This document shows, piece by piece, positions 60,895-64,000 of a stretch of DNA of 64,000 nucleotides; positions within the stretch are counted from its first letter, which is position 1, and each line of letters opens with the position of its first letter. The DNA is from Deltaproteobacteria bacterium. Lineage in GTDB: Bacteria; Desulfobacterota; Binatia; Binatales; Binataceae. The translations under genes were made by a program, and so were the position numbers. The notes under the pieces were generated by a model, which saw only the letters and a program-made list of their open reading frames with translations, was not told the DNA's origin and did not search any database. The stretch lies in the NCBI GenBank assembly GCA_027317185.1, contig DAHVFB010000007.1, positions 1,064 to 65,063 on the forward strand, given 5' to 3'.

Positions 60895-62102
60895 CAGATG
60901 ACCCCCGCGCGCGTGAGCTCGGCGAGGCGCGCGGCGTCGAGCCCCAGGCGTCCGCCGAAGATCTCCGCGTTATGCTGGCCGAGGGTTGGCGCGGGCCGCC
61001 GGATGGCCCACGGCGTCGCGCCGAACTTGAGCGGCGCGCCCGGATACAGATGCGTGCCGGCGGCCGGCTGGGCAATTTCGACGAAGAAGCCGCGCGCTTT
61101 GAGATGCGGCGAATCGAGCAGGTCGCCCATGGTCGAGACCGGCGCGAAGGGAATCCGCCGGCTCTGCGCCTTTTGGTAGAGATCCATTACGGTTTGTTGG
61201 CTCACCCACTCTTCGAGAAATATCTTGAGCGCTTCCCAGTTCTCGCCGCGTTGCAGCCGATCGCGGAAAAGTTCCTCGCCCGCCCATGCGGGATTGCCCA
61301 TCAGGCCGACGAACGCCTTCCACTGATGCTCCTCGACGCAGCAGACGTAAATCCAGCCGTCCTTGCACTCCATCGCTTCGAGCGGCTGAATCGGTTTCTT
61401 GCCGAGCCGGTTCGCGATCACCTTCATGTACGGCCAGTACTCGAAGGTCAATTCGAGCTGCGAGGCGATCGCCTCCTGGCACGAGACGTCGACGTGCTGG
61501 CCCTCGCCGTCACGCACCTGCGCGAGAATCGCGCCCATCGTGGCGACCGCGCCATGCACGCCGCCCTGGAAGCCCGACTGATTGCCGAAGGTCTTGAGCG
61601 GCGGCAGTTCCGGATGATCGAGGCCGGCGCCGTTGAGCACGCACACCCCGCCCGCCGACCAGACGGTGAGCTCTTCCGCGCGCAGGTCGCGCCACGGTCC
61701 GGTCAATCCATAGGGCGTGATCGAAGTCATCACGAGGCGCGGATTGATCTGATGCAGGCGATCGAAATTCAGCCCGACGCGATCCATCTCGGGCGGCGCG
61801 ACGTTATGCACCAGCACGTCGGCGTCGGCCACCAGCCGCTCGAGCAGCGCGAAACCCTCGGGCCGCGCGATATCGAGCGTGACGCCGAGCTTGTTGGTAT
61901 TGAGGTAGAGGTAGAGCCCGCTCTTTTCGCGATGCGCCGCGCCGCCGGGAAACGGTCCCCGATCGCGCGCGCGATCACCCGCGCCGGGCCGCTCGATCTT
62001 GATCACCTCGGCGCCCATATCGGCCATCAGCTTGGCCGCGTACGGAGCCGACGCCAGCTCGCCGATTTCGACGATCTTGAGGTTCGCCAATGCTTGCGCC
62101 AT
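60894..62102 (-). CDS. CaiB/BaiF family III CoA-transferase (catalytic Asp apparently absent)
   Basis: GAEVIKIE.P..GD..R, N.NK..VTLD; NQSGF where the partner has SYADP. Confidence 0.9.
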   Translation of the reverse strand: MAQALANLKIVEIGELASAPYAAKLMADMGAEVIKIERPGAGDRARDRGPFPGGAAHREKSGLYLYLNTNKLGVTLDIARPEGFALLERLVADADVLVHNVAPPEMDRVGLNFDRLHQINPRLVMTSITPYGLTGPWRDLRAEELTVWSAGGVCVLNGAGLDHPELPPLKTFGNQSGFQGGVHGAVATMGAILAQVRDGEGQHVDVSCQEAIASQLELTFEYWPYMKVIANRLGKKPIQPLEAMECKDGWIYVCCVEEHQWKAFVGLMGNPAWAGEELFRDRLQRGENWEALKIFLEEWVSQQTVMDLYQKAQSRRIPFAPVSTMGDLLDSPHLKARGFFVEIAQPAAGTHLYPGAPLKFGATPWAIRRPAPTLGQHNAEIFGGRLGLDAARLAELTRAGVI

Positions 62103-62129
62103 CGATGCTCCGCCGCGTGGCCGCCGGGC

Positions 62130-62399
62130 CTACGGGACGACCTTGCGAAATGGTTTGACGTCGACCCGCTCAAAGACGCCCTGAGTCAGGTATGGGTCGC
62201 TATGGGCGAAGGCGAGCGCCGCGGCTTCGTCAGGAAAGTCGGCGATCATCAGGCTGCCGGTTCCATCGGTAAAGGGACCGCCGATGATCATCTGGCCGCG
62301 ATCGACCAGCGGTTGCAAGTTCTCGAGATGCGCGGGACGCACCGACGGGCGCAGCGCGGCGCCGTTGGGTCCGTCATGGCCGATAATTACGAAGAGCAT
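62130..62399 (-). CDS. YciI family protein
   Basis: R...RP.HL, GP, GSL, DPY...GVF. Confidence 0.88.
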   Translation of the reverse strand: MLFVIIGHDGPNGAALRPSVRPAHLENLQPLVDRGQMIIGGPFTDGTGSLMIADFPDEAAALAFAHSDPYLTQGVFERVDVKPFRKVVP

Positions 62400-62480
62400 C
62401 GCGGCGACCGTCCCCTGAGCGGAATCGAGTTGAACCTAGCATGCACGCCGCGCGCCGCTCCAGCGGACCGCGTGGTCCGA

Positions 62481-63266
62481 TCACTTCGCGGAGATTGCGC
62501 CGTAGCCGGTCCAGTAGATCAGAAAATAGGTCGCGGCGAGGCCGATGAGCAGCGCGTAGGCGATCCGATCGCGCGGGCGGATCGGAAAATCGATATAGCT
62601 GGTCGGCATCGCGCTCATCCCGAAGCCGCGCGCCTCGAGCGCCATCGCCATGTTGTTGGCCTTGCGCAACGCGCCCATAAAGACCGGCACGACCACCGGC
62701 ACGTAGCGCTTGACGCGCTCGAGCGGGCCGCCGCGATTGAAATCGTAGCCGCGCAAACTTTGCGCCTGCACGACCGTCAGCGCCGAATCGATAAACAGGG
62801 GTGCCAGCCGAAACGCCAGCGTGATCGCGAAGCCGACGCGGTAGGGCACGCCGATCCGTGCGAGGCCGGCGGTGAACTCTTCGACCTTGGTGGTCGACAG
62901 AAACAGCACCGAGGTCGCCAGCAGTTCGGCCAGCTTGATCCCGCGGCCCAGGCCAAAGGTGAGCGAGGCGCGGCTCAGATGGATAATCGGCGTGTCGATC
63001 AGCGCCGGCCCCTTGCGATAGAAAACCATCCAGGCGAGGGTCGTAAAGAAAATCAAGAGGATGAACAGCCAGCGCAACCGGTAGAAATTCGGCCACGAGC
63101 CGGTGAGCTGCGCGAGCACGATCATCAGCAGGCCGAGCGGCAGTAATGCGAGCGGATGGTCGACCCAGTAGACCGACCAGAACATCACGAACAGCGCGAA
63201 CACCTTGACCGTCGGGTTGAGCCGATGCACCACGCTGCCGTGGTCGATGTAGAGATAGATCGGCAT
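62481..63266 (-). CDS. ECF transporter transmembrane (T) component
   Basis: H.LNP..K, AQ..RG and A.A.EARGF motifs; ATG overlaps the ATPase stop. Confidence 0.9.
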   Translation of the reverse strand: MPIYLYIDHGSVVHRLNPTVKVFALFVMFWSVYWVDHPLALLPLGLLMIVLAQLTGSWPNFYRLRWLFILLIFFTTLAWMVFYRKGPALIDTPIIHLSRASLTFGLGRGIKLAELLATSVLFLSTTKVEEFTAGLARIGVPYRVGFAITLAFRLAPLFIDSALTVVQAQSLRGYDFNRGGPLERVKRYVPVVVPVFMGALRKANNMAMALEARGFGMSAMPTSYIDFPIRPRDRIAYALLIGLAATYFLIYWTGYGAISAK

Positions 63267-64000
63267 CAGGTGCGCCCCTCGATCCACGATGCGAGTTCGG
63301 CCGGTCCGAGCGCGACGACGCCGAAGCGCCGGCCGAGCGCAGTCGCCTCGGGCGCGCGGAACGACGAGCCGGCGAGCAGGTCGTCGCGCGCCAGAAAGGC
63401 CCGCACGGCACCGTCGAAGGTCACGCGCCCATGGCGCATCAGGACGACGCGCCGCGCATATTCCGCGACCAGCCACGGCGTATGCGTGATCATCACGATC
63501 GCGATGCCGGCGCGATTGAGATCGCCAACCAGCGCCATCATCCGCCGCTGCTCGCGATAGTCGAGGCCGGTGGTCGGCTCGTCGAGAATCAGCACGCGCG
63601 GCCGGAGCGCCAGCACGCTCGCGACCGCGAGTCGTTGCCGCTCGCCCTTGCTGAGCAGGAAGGGATCGCGCCCGCGCATCGCGCCCAGATTCACCGCCGC
63701 CAGCACCTCTTCGACCCGCCGCGCCGTCGCCGCCGCGTCGAGCCCGAGGTTGCGCGGTCCGAAGGCGATTTCATCCTCGACCGTGCCGGCAAAAATTTGA
63801 TGGTCGGGATTCTGGAAGACGTAGCCGACCTCGCGCGCGGACGCGCCCGGCGCGAGTTCCGCGCGATCGCGTCCGCCAATCAGCACGCGCCCGGCGATCG
63901 GCTGGAGCAGTCCCACCAGATGTTTCGCGAGGGTGGTCTTGCCGGAACCGTTCTGGCCGATAATCGCGAGGAATTCGCCCGGCGCGATCGTCAAATCCAC
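63266..64000 (-). CDS. ECF transporter ATPase (5' part outside the window)
   Basis: GQNGSGKT, VFQNP..Q.F, LSKGERQR, LDEPT.GLD. Confidence 0.92.
   Translation of the reverse strand: MDLTIAPGEFLAIIGQNGSGKTTLAKHLVGLLQPIAGRVLIGGRDRAELAPGASAREVGYVFQNPDHQIFAGTVEDEIAFGPRNLGLDAAATARRVEEVLAAVNLGAMRGRDPFLLSKGERQRLAVASVLALRPRVLILDEPTTGLDYREQRRMMALVGDLNRAGIAIVMITHTPWLVAEYARRVVLMRHGRVTFDGAVRAFLARDDLLAGSSFRAPEATALGRRFGVVALGPAELASWIEGRT

Noticed and set aside
43707..63146. Long antisense or alternate-frame ORFs (e.g. 43707..45773, 50524..52311, 58936..61179, 60882..63146)
   Set aside because: They are shadows of well-supported genes on the opposite strand in high-GC DNA and have no recognisable motifs.

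Overview
The window has two parts. Left (1 to ~23,750): an apparently integrated, somewhat lower-GC island whose right end is a tRNA 3'-end fragment (att-like, 23718-23745). It carries six fluoride (crcB-class) riboswitches found by eye at 397-451(-), 3745-3802(-), 3936-3989(+), 6197-6251(+), 8154-8210(+) and 16000-16045(+). Between them they lead essentially every transcription unit: a small unknown protein; a degenerate cyclase/AAA protein plus enolase; a YkoP-like protein plus metK; DUF190-CBS plus Fluc/crcB; a six-subunit hydrogenase-4-like (Ehr, no NiFe ligands) complex; and a seven-gene operon with a Cys/His (DUF6062-like) protein, metallophosphoesterase, two HEAT proteins, a dynamin-like GTPase and an MFS transporter. 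Right: GC-rich chromosome with a divergent copper membrane monooxygenase cluster (xmoC-xmoA-small His-leader ORF-xmoB), followed by an alcohol dehydrogenase, cytochrome c, a Tat/GMC oxidoreductase pair and a SCO protein. The rest is general metabolic and signalling genes plus two inverted 108-bp MITE-like elements sitting at TAG stop codons. The gene content suggests Candidatus Binatota, but that is inference only. All calls come from manual motif recognition; no searches were run.
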